DNA of 64,000 bases, taken from IMG/VR virus record IMGVR_UViG_3300044630_004720; one strand, 5' to 3'. The position numbers and the translations under genes were made by a program. The stretch is from a virus. Taxonomy: Duplodnaviria > Caudoviricetes. A model generated the notes under the pieces. That model made no database searches. It saw only the letters and a list, made by a program, of their open reading frames with translations, and had not been told where the DNA came from. Position 1 is the stretch's first letter. The number at the start of each line of letters is the position of its first letter. This document shows, piece by piece, positions 30,301-38,211 of this stretch.

Positions 30301-31929
30301 ACAAGTGGATTCGGTACCTATATAAATCAAGCGCTTTTAACAACATCTACACCCACATTCTCAACAGTATCTGCAACAACATTTACGGGAGCATTAAGTG
30401 GTAATGCAACAACCGCAAGTTCAACTCAACGTCTTGATGATGTGAACAACTATACTTGGTCACAATCTTCACTACCACAAAGTTATTCAGAAGGGATGCA
30501 GTTAAGCTTTGTTGGACCAAGTGCAGGTGAGGGGAGTTGGCAGAATTATGGTACGGTAATAAATGCAAGAACATATTCTGGTGGAGGTGGTAGTTTGCAA
30601 ATGTATGTACCATATGGGCCAAGTAACGGCGGAGCAGCACTACAGGTTCGTTTTGGTGATTATAGTGCTCCATCTTACGGTAATCAATGGACAGCTTGGA
30701 AGACGTTGTTACAATCTGACAACTACAACTCTTACGCTCCCACCCTAACAGGTGGTGGTGCAAGTGGAACTTGGGGTATTAATATCACTGGTAATGCGGC
30801 AACGGCCACTTCGGCCACCGATTCAACAAAACTTCCACTAGCAGGTGGAACGTTAACAGGTGATTTAAGATTTAATAATGCGGGATATGGTAGAATTGCG
30901 TTTACCGATAACTATCACGGTTTAATTCTTAGAGGAAATCCAAATAACGCCGCAGGTGACATAACAGCAGGTGATGTAACTTCATTAGTACAACATAGTG
31001 GTGATTTTAGGTTTTACAGAACAAACGGAAGTATAAATGAAGTTTATTTCCAAGTTAATGCAACAGCACCATATTGGAGAGGAAATGTAATATATCACGC
31101 GGGTAACATCCCAACTTGGAATCAAAATACTAGTGGTACCGCCGGTTCAATATCGGGATTTAATAACCCCACAACATCGGCAACAGCTAACACAATCGCC
31201 TATAGAGATAGTGGTGGTGATTTATATGCGAGATATATGTTTGCCGTTCATTTTAATCAGTCTGGAGGAAATAGTGAAAATCCAACAATTGGACAAATTT
31301 GGACACAAAACACCACGGATAACTATTGTAGAAAATCAACACCTGCACACTTTATTAGTCAATTGGGATTAATAACAACATCCAATATTGGTTCACAATC
31401 TGTTAGTTACGCAAATAGTGCGGGTAGTGCACCTAACGGAACTAATCAAAATTCGGTCTACAATGTAACACCTGGTGAAGGTAATGGATTGAAATTTTGG
31501 TCTGAGGACAGTTATAAAATTAGTATGGGTGTTAGTAGTGTGTACCAATATGGGACCGTTACGGATTATTCAATTAAAACCCAAATGAATTCGGGAGACG
31601 CCGGAAGAGGATTTACTTGGGGAAGAATTGGTGTGGTTCCAATTGCATCATTAAACGCAACGTCAGGTAATATGCAACTTGCGGGGTCATTAACAACAGG
31701 TGGAAGTATATTACCATTAAGTAATAACTCTGTTAATTTAGGTTCAGCATCTTTAGGTTGGGCAAACGTTTATACAAACGACTTACATTTAAGTAATATG
31801 AATAAACCTGAAGGTAATGATATTGATGGTACAAATGGTAACTGGACAATTCAAGAAGGAGCAGAAAATCTGTATATTATCAATAATAATAACGGAAAGA
31901 AATATAAAATATCGTTAGAAGAAATATAA
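24400..31929 (+). CDS. Giant (2509 aa) Ser/Thr/Gly-rich tail fibre protein
   Basis: Mtd_N-like start (I.KLRRS...P....L..GELA.N..DGK), three repeat arrays, TWTVTHNLG domain, C-terminal YTNDLHLSN..DGTNGNWTIQEG..GKKYK domain typical of phage fibres. Confidence 0.8.
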   Translation: MAQIVKLRRSSVSGQKPTNTNLQLGELAQNTTDGKIFLAKSGSSGPSIEEIIVTNTSNTGSINLLGSVTASNFTGSFIGDGALLYNVPVSGVTNLTTISGSLDSRLDALEAYSGSQQVPTASYAFRTTQVDVYCKNMSGTQINKGTVVRITGAVGDNPLISVASLLTEGQSANTLGITTENIPNDGFGLVITEGILTGVNTNGMTAGQLLFLGENGTFTTSYPVAPNHGVRLGEVLRVQQQQGSIYVRIDNGSELGESHDVLDSTTSSSYGDLLVKSGSVWVNSRSLNGNYAVTGSLTITQNLTVLGSSSLVYVTSSQLAVSASFISVNVFEPAERFGGLKVYDSGSSNATASLAWDSLHNHWVYQNSTDDTYSGGMLLSGPRNTGSLGDEPGLISGRIVKSIGGDHIDVSIISETGTTITVGGDLVANSITGAFDFYGLVNRPTLVSGSSQIEITGTTGYSDFSSSIKDRIDVVTGSITDLSSSVKDRIDIVTGSITDLSSSVKDRIDIVTGSITDLSSSVKDRIDVVTGSITDLSSSVKDRIDVVTGSITDLSSSVKDRIDTVTGSITDLSSSVKDRIDVVTGSVDSLNLFTSSYTTNSFTGSFIGDGSGLYNIPASGVTGLQLDKIINGNASASINNSGFYVNRDVFVDGTITAKEIHIDYVTSSVLYQSGSTKFGDSNDDTHQFTGSVKISGSLQSDSITGSFTGSFAGNASGLVNVPFHISGSDVDGGTYDKQFSKLQFDDSTGLNVSESVAGTAFISIGSHFRDIFVSGSDMLRATGSDAFEIIPEGGIEVTTSITDTNSNGYVKELRLSTTTLSSSLDTRIDNLSSSVVYQSETSSMTVLSSSYALTASFALNAGGGSEGRTYIHTQSSASTTWTVTHNLGEQYPAIVVFDSSDNVIVPGTITAVNDTSFTVTFPSAQTGKVSATVGGGLPFVSASFVDYVLAVNNDIPYWKGGVISGSAQIILTGTTGYSTFSSSVATTTLNIKNRVDSIEVKTGSYATTGSNLFIGTQTLSGSILPSVDNLYDLGSSTHQWRDVYISSGSLYIDGTKVISSTTQELQITTDSGQSIKILENGTDSIILQTADGDVELKSSGDGDILLDPTNGKIMLKGPVEILNGQKIQSSVGGTPVVFANDIVVSGSIELTGTIDGIDLTSFSSSANTRLTNLESSGGSLNSFTASANTRLGALETQSGSINSFTASANTRLGDLETESGSVRFDLNSHISSANGRLTSIETSTGSLNSFSSSTSTRLSSIEISTGSLNSFTSSTAGSLIAIQTSTSSLNSFTSSTAESLIAIQTSTSSLNSFTASTNTRLGALETSTSSLNTFSSSTNGRLTSIETSTASLNSFTSSTEGSLIAIQTSTASLNSFSSSTNTRLGALETESGSIRTAFNSYTSSNDSTNTTQNNRLTALETSTSSLNTFSSSTNTRLGSLETESGSIRTAFNSYTSSNDGTNTTQNNRLTALETSTSSLNSFSSSTNSKLTSIETSTGSLNTFSSSTNTRVGALETESGSIRTAFNNYTSSNDGTNTTQNSRLTSLEGKTGSYATTGSNVFIGDQTITGSLYISQNLIIAGSSSIQHITSSQLNIGDNIITVNAQNPSIRFGGLAVIDSGSSPQVSGSILFDSTNDQWIFVHQNQSTITSSVLLMGPETYNNLGGESYLTQNRIPKGSGIEHLNDSNISDTGTKVSINSNTEITGTFVATGTALVSGSAQISFNGITDKPTLVSGSSQITFLSISNIPSGLVSGSSQVLNGSGVWSGSAQLPSGTVSGSSQVLNGSGVWSGSAQLPAGVVSGSSQVLNGSGVWSGSAQLPSGVVSGSSQITYSSISGIPTGIVSGSSQVSFGGISGVPSGLVSGSSQVAFGSLSGLPSGIISGSSQISFGSISGVPSGLVSGSSQVAFGSLSGLPSGLVSGSSQISFGSISNIPSGLVSGSSQISFGSISGLPPGLVSGSSQISIASTSGFGTYINQALLTTSTPTFSTVSATTFTGALSGNATTASSTQRLDDVNNYTWSQSSLPQSYSEGMQLSFVGPSAGEGSWQNYGTVINARTYSGGGGSLQMYVPYGPSNGGAALQVRFGDYSAPSYGNQWTAWKTLLQSDNYNSYAPTLTGGGASGTWGINITGNAATATSATDSTKLPLAGGTLTGDLRFNNAGYGRIAFTDNYHGLILRGNPNNAAGDITAGDVTSLVQHSGDFRFYRTNGSINEVYFQVNATAPYWRGNVIYHAGNIPTWNQNTSGTAGSISGFNNPTTSATANTIAYRDSGGDLYARYMFAVHFNQSGGNSENPTIGQIWTQNTTDNYCRKSTPAHFISQLGLITTSNIGSQSVSYANSAGSAPNGTNQNSVYNVTPGEGNGLKFWSEDSYKISMGVSSVYQYGTVTDYSIKTQMNSGDAGRGFTWGRIGVVPIASLNATSGNMQLAGSLTTGGSILPLSNNSVNLGSASLGWANVYTNDLHLSNMNKPEGNDIDGTNGNWTIQEGAENLYIINNNNGKKYKISLEEI
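25780..26157 (+). repeat. 7 x 54 bp (18 aa ITDLSSSVKDRIDVVTGS) coding tandem repeat
   Basis: Nearly identical peptides with varied synonymous codons. Confidence 0.9.
27871..29052 (+). repeat. Array of ~21 aa SLNSFSSSTNTRLGALETSTS coiled-coil repeats, with a 53 aa higher-order unit x3
   Basis: Read from the translation. Confidence 0.85.
29539..30303 (+). repeat. Array of 19 aa GLVSGSSQISFGSISGLPS repeats plus 3 x 24 aa VSGSSQVLNGSGVWSGSAQLP repeats
   Basis: Translation; includes a 59 bp exact DNA duplication at 29656-29714 and 29728-29786. Confidence 0.85.
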
Positions 31930-31930
31930 G

Positions 31931-32653
31931 ATGCCATTAAATGTTAAAAATAATGTAATAAGTTCAAATGACATTACGAGTGCCGGCATTTTTGATACTA
32001 AAGTTGTTAAAGATGGTTTGATATTACACTTGGATGCTGCCGATGTGGATTCGTATCCGGGTAGTGGTTCTGTGTGGTATGATAAAAGTGGTCTTGGACA
32101 TAACTTAACAATTAGCGGACCTACTTGGACAACAGTTGGAAGTAGAACTGCATTTAATTTTACATCCAATGTTAATGTGGTTTCTGGTAGTATTAGTTCA
32201 TTCCCAACAACAGAATTAACTTATGAGGTTTGGTTATATCCCGCTTCAAGTGAAATAACTGCAGACGATAGAGGATGTGTCATATTGTGTAATGGTGGTG
32301 CAGGTGCATATATGAGTTGGAATAAATCAAATCAATATATGTCAAATTATTGGTATTCACATTCACCAGAAGGATATCACGAATCGAATGGCCCATCATC
32401 AAGAAATGCGTGGCATCATTGGTGTGCAGTGTGGGATAATAGAGGTCTTAATCAATGGGTTGATGGTAACTATTCTGTGGTAAGAAATATTATGGGTCCG
32501 TCTTCTGCAAATACTGCTATACAAATCGGAAATGAAGGAGGAGGTAGACAATTTAGTGGTGGTATTGCGGTTGTTAGAATTTATAATAGAGCATTAAATA
32601 ATTACGAGGTATACGAAAACTTCCAAGCTCAAAGAGGAAGATTTGGTATATAA
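31931..32653 (+). CDS. LamG/concanavalin A-like lectin domain protein
   Basis: GLILHLDAAD..SY.GSG..W.D.SG, WHHWCAV, IA.VRIYNRAL. Confidence 0.8.
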   Translation: MPLNVKNNVISSNDITSAGIFDTKVVKDGLILHLDAADVDSYPGSGSVWYDKSGLGHNLTISGPTWTTVGSRTAFNFTSNVNVVSGSISSFPTTELTYEVWLYPASSEITADDRGCVILCNGGAGAYMSWNKSNQYMSNYWYSHSPEGYHESNGPSSRNAWHHWCAVWDNRGLNQWVDGNYSVVRNIMGPSSANTAIQIGNEGGGRQFSGGIAVVRIYNRALNNYEVYENFQAQRGRFGI

Positions 32654-32664
32654 ATGAATATAGT

Positions 32665-33444
32665 ATGGGAGTAATATTAGGAGGAAAAAATTTAGCAGCA
32701 ATCAACTTTAATACTTTAGGACAAATACCAACAACACCTAAAGTAATTACTGATGGATTGGTTCTACATTTAGATGCTGGTGATTCTAACTCATTCATAA
32801 ACACGGCAACAAATTACTATGATTGTGGATATGGATATCAATATTATGCATCAAATCCTGGATGTACCGCCGCACAATCTAAATGGGTTGATATAAGTGG
32901 TTACGGACACGATTGGACTCCCGCTGGAACTTATAACGGAAACTTTTTTACATTTAATAGTCAATCAACATCGAAAGCCGCCCCTGCTGATTGGGCAACA
33001 ACATCAGAAAGAACAATAGATACTTGGTTTTATCCTGTGTCTGGTGGTATCAATACCGGTTGTTGTGAGACTATATTTGGTTCATACTGGTTTAGATTTT
33101 TTATGATTGGACAGAGTATCTATACTATGATTGGTTTTGCAAATGGTGACGGTTCGTATAACACTTACCAACACCCCGCATTTACAATATCGTACGATGC
33201 TTGGCATCACATAGTTGGAATGAGAAGAGGTAATAACTATATAATTTGGGTTGATGGTGTTGAAATGTATAATACAACATTTGGCAGTGGATTAATTTTA
33301 TATGACCCATATGGTACATATTACATTAGTAATAACTCACATACTAATGTTAGAATTGCTAGTGTTAAAATATACAATAGAGGATTAACTGATGCGGAAC
33401 TTTTAGAAAATTTTAACGCAGGAAGACAAAGATTTGGAATATGA
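32665..33444 (+). CDS. LamG/concanavalin A-like lectin domain protein (paralogue of upstream gene)
   Basis: GLVLHLDAGD, WHHIVG, IASVKIYNRGL, shared ENF.A.R.RFGI end. Confidence 0.8.
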   Translation: MGVILGGKNLAAINFNTLGQIPTTPKVITDGLVLHLDAGDSNSFINTATNYYDCGYGYQYYASNPGCTAAQSKWVDISGYGHDWTPAGTYNGNFFTFNSQSTSKAAPADWATTSERTIDTWFYPVSGGINTGCCETIFGSYWFRFFMIGQSIYTMIGFANGDGSYNTYQHPAFTISYDAWHHIVGMRRGNNYIIWVDGVEMYNTTFGSGLILYDPYGTYYISNNSHTNVRIASVKIYNRGLTDAELLENFNAGRQRFGI

Positions 33445-33620
33445 TAAATTTAAAAATTGTTGAAATACCGGATAATGAAATAAATGCAGATGACCCATCT
33501 TGTATTTTAAACGCTTTCCCATTTATGGTGGAAGATGAAAATGGTGCAAGATGGTTTGGTGCAAACACATTAGAAGAATGTGAAGAATATTTAATAAAAC
33601 ATACAACAACTGAAGAATAA
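33441..33620 (+). CDS. 59 aa acidic protein (not in track)
   Basis: MINLKIVEIPDNEINADDPSCILNAFPFMVEDENGARWFGANTLEECEEYLIKHTTTEE; ATGA overlap upstream and TAATG overlap downstream. Confidence 0.7.
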   Translation: MINLKIVEIPDNEINADDPSCILNAFPFMVEDENGARWFGANTLEECEEYLIKHTTTEE

Positions 33621-35278
33621 TGCCAGTAATTTTTAGAAGGTCAAATATTTTAGACCCATATTCTTGGACAACTGGTTCGGGAGGAATCGGTAGTTTTAGT
33701 CAAAACGGAAGTACTGATGAAAATGAAAGAGTAATTGGTACAGACCCTTTTGGTAATAGTTCTGTTTTATGGGAAACAAGGGCAAACGGTTCTGCTGCCG
33801 ATGATGGTGGTTGGAATCATAGTTCCTTTTCTGTTGATAATACTAAATTATATAGAATGTCTGTTTGGGTTAGAAGGACATCAAGTTCCGCCGGCGGAAC
33901 ATTTTATCTTGGAACAAATGGTGGAGGACAATGTGTACTTAGACTATCTGATTTTGGCGAAGAATGTAATCCATATTGGGATTGTGTAGGCACTGGTGCA
34001 TTTACACAAAACGTATGGTATTTAGTTGTTGGTCACGTTTTTCCTGTCTCTTATCCAAATTCTAATCAACACGCAGACACAGGTAGATGGGTTATAGGTA
34101 GTGGTAAGGTTTCAGGTATTAATGGTTGTAATGTGGGTAATGATATGAAATTCGGTCCGAGTACAACATCATTAAATCACAGAACATATCACTATTATTG
34201 TGGTGATAACACTACAAGATTACAATTTTTTGAACCAAGAGTAGATTTATGTGATGGTTCAGAACCAAGAATAACAGATTTACTTAATAATACACAAAGT
34301 AGAATTCAATCAAGTACCGTTACTGTTGAAGGAGCATCAAACGAGAATCAAAAAATAATGGCAACAGGTGGTGTCATAACGGAACACGGAGAATGGAGAA
34401 TACATCGTTTTAATAGTTCAGGCACTTTTACATTATCATCACTAATAGGTACATCACTACACGTTGAATACTTAATCGTTGGTGGTGGCGGTGGAGGTGG
34501 TATGGATATGGGTGGAGGTGGAGGAGGCGGTGGTGTCCTTTCAGGAAAACACGTTTTAACACCGGGTTCATATACTATTACGGTTGGTGCTGGAGGTACT
34601 GGTGCACCCGCGGCGGGTACTAACGGACAGCCAGGAGGCCACCAATACACTATACCTGCAACCGCAGGAGGTAATTCATCATTCAATGGACTAACATCGA
34701 TTGGTGGTGGATTTGGTGGTAGTTCCTATAGAGGATATTCACCAGGTATCGCAGGTGGTAACGGAGGTTCAGGTGGAGGTGCTAGCGGATATAACGACAA
34801 TGCCGGTACATTCAATGGTGGTTCAGGAACATCAGGACAAGGATTTAGAGGAGGAAACTCAACCGCAGCTTATTATTCTGGTGGTGGTGGAGGTGCAGAT
34901 GCGCAAGGTACCGATTCAACATCAATTGCTAATGGTGGGTCAGGAAGACTAAATAGAATTTTAGGAAGACCATTCTATTGGGGTGGTGGAGGTGGTGGAG
35001 CAGGTTATTCCACATTTGGTGGTGCAGGTGGAAGAGGTGGTGGAGGAGCAGGTGCACCTAATAGTTTCGCAAACAATTATGGACAAGGTGGAAGAGACTC
35101 CATTGAATGGGGTAGAGATACTCTAAATGGATGTACAGGTTGTTGGACCAATCTTCCGGGTGGAGATGGGGGAACCAACACTGGTGGAGGTGGTGGTGGA
35201 GGAGCTCACTACAATTCAAATAATAAAGGAGGTAACGGTGGTTCAGGTATCGTTATCATTAGATATAAAAAGAAATAA
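33620..35278 (+). CDS. Virion protein: beta-sandwich N-terminal domain + glycine-rich domain
   Basis: ATGG.IT..G...IH.F.SSGTF, YLIVGGGGGG, ends GGNGGSGIVIIRY. Confidence 0.75.
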   Translation: MPVIFRRSNILDPYSWTTGSGGIGSFSQNGSTDENERVIGTDPFGNSSVLWETRANGSAADDGGWNHSSFSVDNTKLYRMSVWVRRTSSSAGGTFYLGTNGGGQCVLRLSDFGEECNPYWDCVGTGAFTQNVWYLVVGHVFPVSYPNSNQHADTGRWVIGSGKVSGINGCNVGNDMKFGPSTTSLNHRTYHYYCGDNTTRLQFFEPRVDLCDGSEPRITDLLNNTQSRIQSSTVTVEGASNENQKIMATGGVITEHGEWRIHRFNSSGTFTLSSLIGTSLHVEYLIVGGGGGGGMDMGGGGGGGGVLSGKHVLTPGSYTITVGAGGTGAPAAGTNGQPGGHQYTIPATAGGNSSFNGLTSIGGGFGGSSYRGYSPGIAGGNGGSGGGASGYNDNAGTFNGGSGTSGQGFRGGNSTAAYYSGGGGGADAQGTDSTSIANGGSGRLNRILGRPFYWGGGGGGAGYSTFGGAGGRGGGGAGAPNSFANNYGQGGRDSIEWGRDTLNGCTGCWTNLPGGDGGTNTGGGGGGGAHYNSNNKGGNGGSGIVIIRYKKK

Positions 35279-35279
35279 G

Positions 35280-35642
35280 ATGGCACATTTCGCACGAATA
35301 GATAATAATAATATTGTACAAGAAGTTTTAGTTGTACCTGATGAACAACAACACAGAGGAGAAGAATTCCTATCAAGTGATTTAGGTCTCGGAGGTAGAT
35401 GGATTCAAACATCCTACAATAGTAATGTGAGAAAAATATATGCAGGAGTCGGATATTCATACAATGAAGAGTTAGATGTATTCTTAGCACCAAAACCATA
35501 TCCATCTTGGGTAATCAACCCCATTGAACAAGTATGGGTTTCCCCTATTGCGAGACCTGAAGTTGAAAACGATAAAGTTGCAATTTGGGACGAAGAGAAT
35601 CAAGAATGGAGAATTGAAGATTTACCACCAATTATTCAATAA
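35280..35642 (+). CDS. Conserved phage protein following Gly-rich virion genes
   Basis: MAHFARID..WIQTSYN..YAGVGY..PKPYPSW pattern; ATG 35280 preferred over track start 35127. Confidence 0.65.
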   Translation: MAHFARIDNNNIVQEVLVVPDEQQHRGEEFLSSDLGLGGRWIQTSYNSNVRKIYAGVGYSYNEELDVFLAPKPYPSWVINPIEQVWVSPIARPEVENDKVAIWDEENQEWRIEDLPPIIQ

Positions 35643-35656
35643 TCCGAATAATTTTT

Positions 35657-35664
35657 TTATATTT
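35657..35664 (+). promoter_or_regulatory. TTATATTT promoter-like motif
   Basis: 5 nt upstream of the first gene of the glycan cluster. Confidence 0.45.
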
Positions 35665-35669
35665 TACCT

Positions 35670-36413
35670 ATGAACAACATAGGTTTTGGAATATTTTGTT
35701 TTGGTGAAGAATATTATTTCAACGGAGCGTTTGAAAAAATAAACAATATTCTTAATGAGGGGTATCATTGTTATGTTCTAACAGATACCCCTGAAATTTT
35801 TACTGCAAAATATACCGATACTTTCGTTCACGTTATTCCATATTTTAGAACATTCAAATCATATTCAGATAAGATGTTACTACCCAAATACATCTTAAAG
35901 AAACACGACATTAGTATTCTAATTGATGCTGACACACACATCACAGATTATGGTTTCTTAAAAGAATTTAAAAACTATAATTTCAAATACGGAATCACAT
36001 ATATTAACACATTAAAAAATCACGCTTCTCATAGAGAATTTGTTAAAGATTTAATTACGATAGATAACCCTGAGTGGAATTCATATCACACATATGCAAG
36101 TAAATTATATCCTCCATATGGTGAATATGAAACTATATGGGAATACTTTTTAATAGTTAATAAGATTGGTTTTAATGTTGATGCGTTTTATAATTGGTAT
36201 GAAAAATTACAAATAGCAAAAGAGTTTTCTGATTTAAATCACAATAAAGAGGTGAACGGTGCGGGAGAAGGTGTATCAGTTAGAATAAGTGCTAGATTAT
36301 CGGCAACAATGATACAAAGAGATTTATATCTTTATGATTTACTAAAAGATAAAATGATAAGTGTCAGTAAAAGATACACACCAAAACATCTTTGGCCAGA
36401 TTGGATGAAATGA
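35670..36413 (+). CDS. Putative GT-A fold glycosyltransferase
   Basis: YVLTD, LIDAD (DxD), GAGEG; paralogue of 58831..59463. Confidence 0.55.
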   Translation: MNNIGFGIFCFGEEYYFNGAFEKINNILNEGYHCYVLTDTPEIFTAKYTDTFVHVIPYFRTFKSYSDKMLLPKYILKKHDISILIDADTHITDYGFLKEFKNYNFKYGITYINTLKNHASHREFVKDLITIDNPEWNSYHTYASKLYPPYGEYETIWEYFLIVNKIGFNVDAFYNWYEKLQIAKEFSDLNHNKEVNGAGEGVSVRISARLSATMIQRDLYLYDLLKDKMISVSKRYTPKHLWPDWMK

Positions 36414-37138
36414 TAAGTAACGAAGATTATATTAAGAAATTTATCACCAATAATGATGATGTTCCCGTTACATATAGATGGACACACGGAGCAACTGATT
36501 TACATATGGGTGATGGTATACTCGTGTATTCGATTATCCAACATATGAGAGCAAAGAATTGTGTTTGTATTGGTTCTGGTGGTGGGTTTATACCACGTAT
36601 TATGACACAAGCGAGAATAGATTTACATAAACAAAAAATATTTGATGGAAACAATGATTATAATTGGGGGGATATTGGGTGCACTTATCTTGTCGACGCT
36701 TGTAATGGTGTTGGTGGGCCTAACGACCTTGAAGACGAGTCCTCATTCTTCAGGAGCACGTTTTACCCGCGTCTTATTAAAGCGACTTCAGTCGATGCCT
36801 ACTATGACTTTTTTATTAGACAAGATATTAAAATAGATGTCCTTTTTATTGATGGAGACCATTCATATGAAGGGGTAAAAAAAGACTTTGAACTTTACTC
36901 ACAAATACTATCAGATAATGGTATTATTTTTATACACGACACAGATGCCGACTATGAAGAAACATTAATAGTTTCTGAAGATTCTAAAAAAGACCATTAT
37001 AGATTTGATGGTCCGGCAAAATTTATAAAAGAATTACAAGAAGACTCCGAGTGGAACTTGATTAATCTCTTTAATTTTCGTATATTATCAACAAAGCCAT
37101 CATCTAGTGGCATTACGTTGATAAACAGAAGAAAATGA
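36410..37138 (+). CDS. Class I SAM methyltransferase (Methyltransf_24-like)
   Basis: VCIGSGGG, LFIDGDHSYEGVKKDF, IFIHD; ATG 36410 gives ATGA coupling. Confidence 0.8.
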   Translation: MISNEDYIKKFITNNDDVPVTYRWTHGATDLHMGDGILVYSIIQHMRAKNCVCIGSGGGFIPRIMTQARIDLHKQKIFDGNNDYNWGDIGCTYLVDACNGVGGPNDLEDESSFFRSTFYPRLIKATSVDAYYDFFIRQDIKIDVLFIDGDHSYEGVKKDFELYSQILSDNGIIFIHDTDADYEETLIVSEDSKKDHYRFDGPAKFIKELQEDSEWNLINLFNFRILSTKPSSSGITLINRRK

Positions 37139-37986
37139 TAAGATTGTTATCAGTTATTGGACACGGAACGGAATTAATTCCACACTTTGTTAATCACTAC
37201 TCAAAATATGTAGATGAAATACAATTCGTGGTATATCAATCTGCCATTCATCCTTCATTAATCAATGATGTCAAAGAAAAAATAAAAGACTATAGTAATG
37301 TTAAAGTTGTAAAAACAGTTGAGGATAGAATTTTCGATTGGAATAAGGTAACCGCTTTATATAATTTAATTAAATCAAAGAAACCAAATGATTGGTGGGT
37401 TATTGCTGATATTGATGAGTTTCATTTATATCCAAATGATGATTTATATGATTTAATTCAAGATTGTGAAAAAAATGGGTGGGATATTGTTAGAGGTGGA
37501 TTTATTGATAGAATCGGACCCGATGGGGAGTTTTCTGAACTAAATGATGACGTGGAAATCTTTAAACAATTTCCAAATATGGGATTTTTCAGATATCCTA
37601 TGAGCCAAGCTTGTCCAAATAAAGTTTGCGTGATAAGAGGTGGGATTGAAATAACATCAGGACAACATTATGCAAAGATTAATGGACAAACAACTTGGAG
37701 ATGGCAAGGTTGGAATCATCCTTTAATTAACTCAGATTCATATGTTCAAGTGCACCATTTTAAATGGGATAGTACATCCATAGATAGAATCAAAGCAGTT
37801 GCATCTATTAAACAAGAATATGCATATTCTGATGAATATGGTAAAATGTACGATGCATTAAGAAAAACAAAATTTAAAATAGATTTAAATAATCCTGAAT
37901 TTATGGTTGAATCAAGTGAAGGTCAAGCAGAGTTTAGGAGATATAGAAAATGGAATAAACTAATAAAAAAAATAATATCAATATGA
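37135..37986 (+). CDS. GT2-like glycosyltransferase
   Basis: HFVNHY, WWVIADIDEF, GQH, VHHFKW. Confidence 0.7.
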   Translation: MIRLLSVIGHGTELIPHFVNHYSKYVDEIQFVVYQSAIHPSLINDVKEKIKDYSNVKVVKTVEDRIFDWNKVTALYNLIKSKKPNDWWVIADIDEFHLYPNDDLYDLIQDCEKNGWDIVRGGFIDRIGPDGEFSELNDDVEIFKQFPNMGFFRYPMSQACPNKVCVIRGGIEITSGQHYAKINGQTTWRWQGWNHPLINSDSYVQVHHFKWDSTSIDRIKAVASIKQEYAYSDEYGKMYDALRKTKFKIDLNNPEFMVESSEGQAEFRRYRKWNKLIKKIISI

Positions 37987-38204
37987 GTGAAAAAACAAAA
38001 GACCCTCAAGTAGAATTGTTAGAACTTGAGAAAAGAAAAGTAAAAGCAATTGAGAAAATTGCAAATTCCTTGGACGCACTTACAGTATGGTTTGAAGAAA
38101 TCGACAAACAAGAATGGAGTGACAGAATCCAATATTATTTAGCGGAATGGCATAGTTCAACACAAGACCCTAATAGTCCCACTAATAAAAAATTAAAGGG
38201 TTAA
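37983..38204 (+). CDS. Hypothetical small helical protein
   Basis: ATGA overlap, 73 aa. Confidence 0.6.
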   Translation: MSEKTKDPQVELLELEKRKVKAIEKIANSLDALTVWFEEIDKQEWSDRIQYYLAEWHSSTQDPNSPTNKKLKG

Positions 38205-38211
38205 GTATTGA

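Noticed and set aside
25780-30303. Tandem repeats as a CRISPR array
   Set aside because: Units are in-frame coding repeats with synonymous variation and no unique spacers; no cas genes
21869-31929. Diversity-generating retroelement suggested by Mtd_N-like N-termini
   Set aside because: No reverse transcriptase and no TR/VR pair differing at adenines seen in this window
34480-35260. Collagen-like repeat
   Set aside because: Poly-Gly tracts lack Gly-X-Y periodicity
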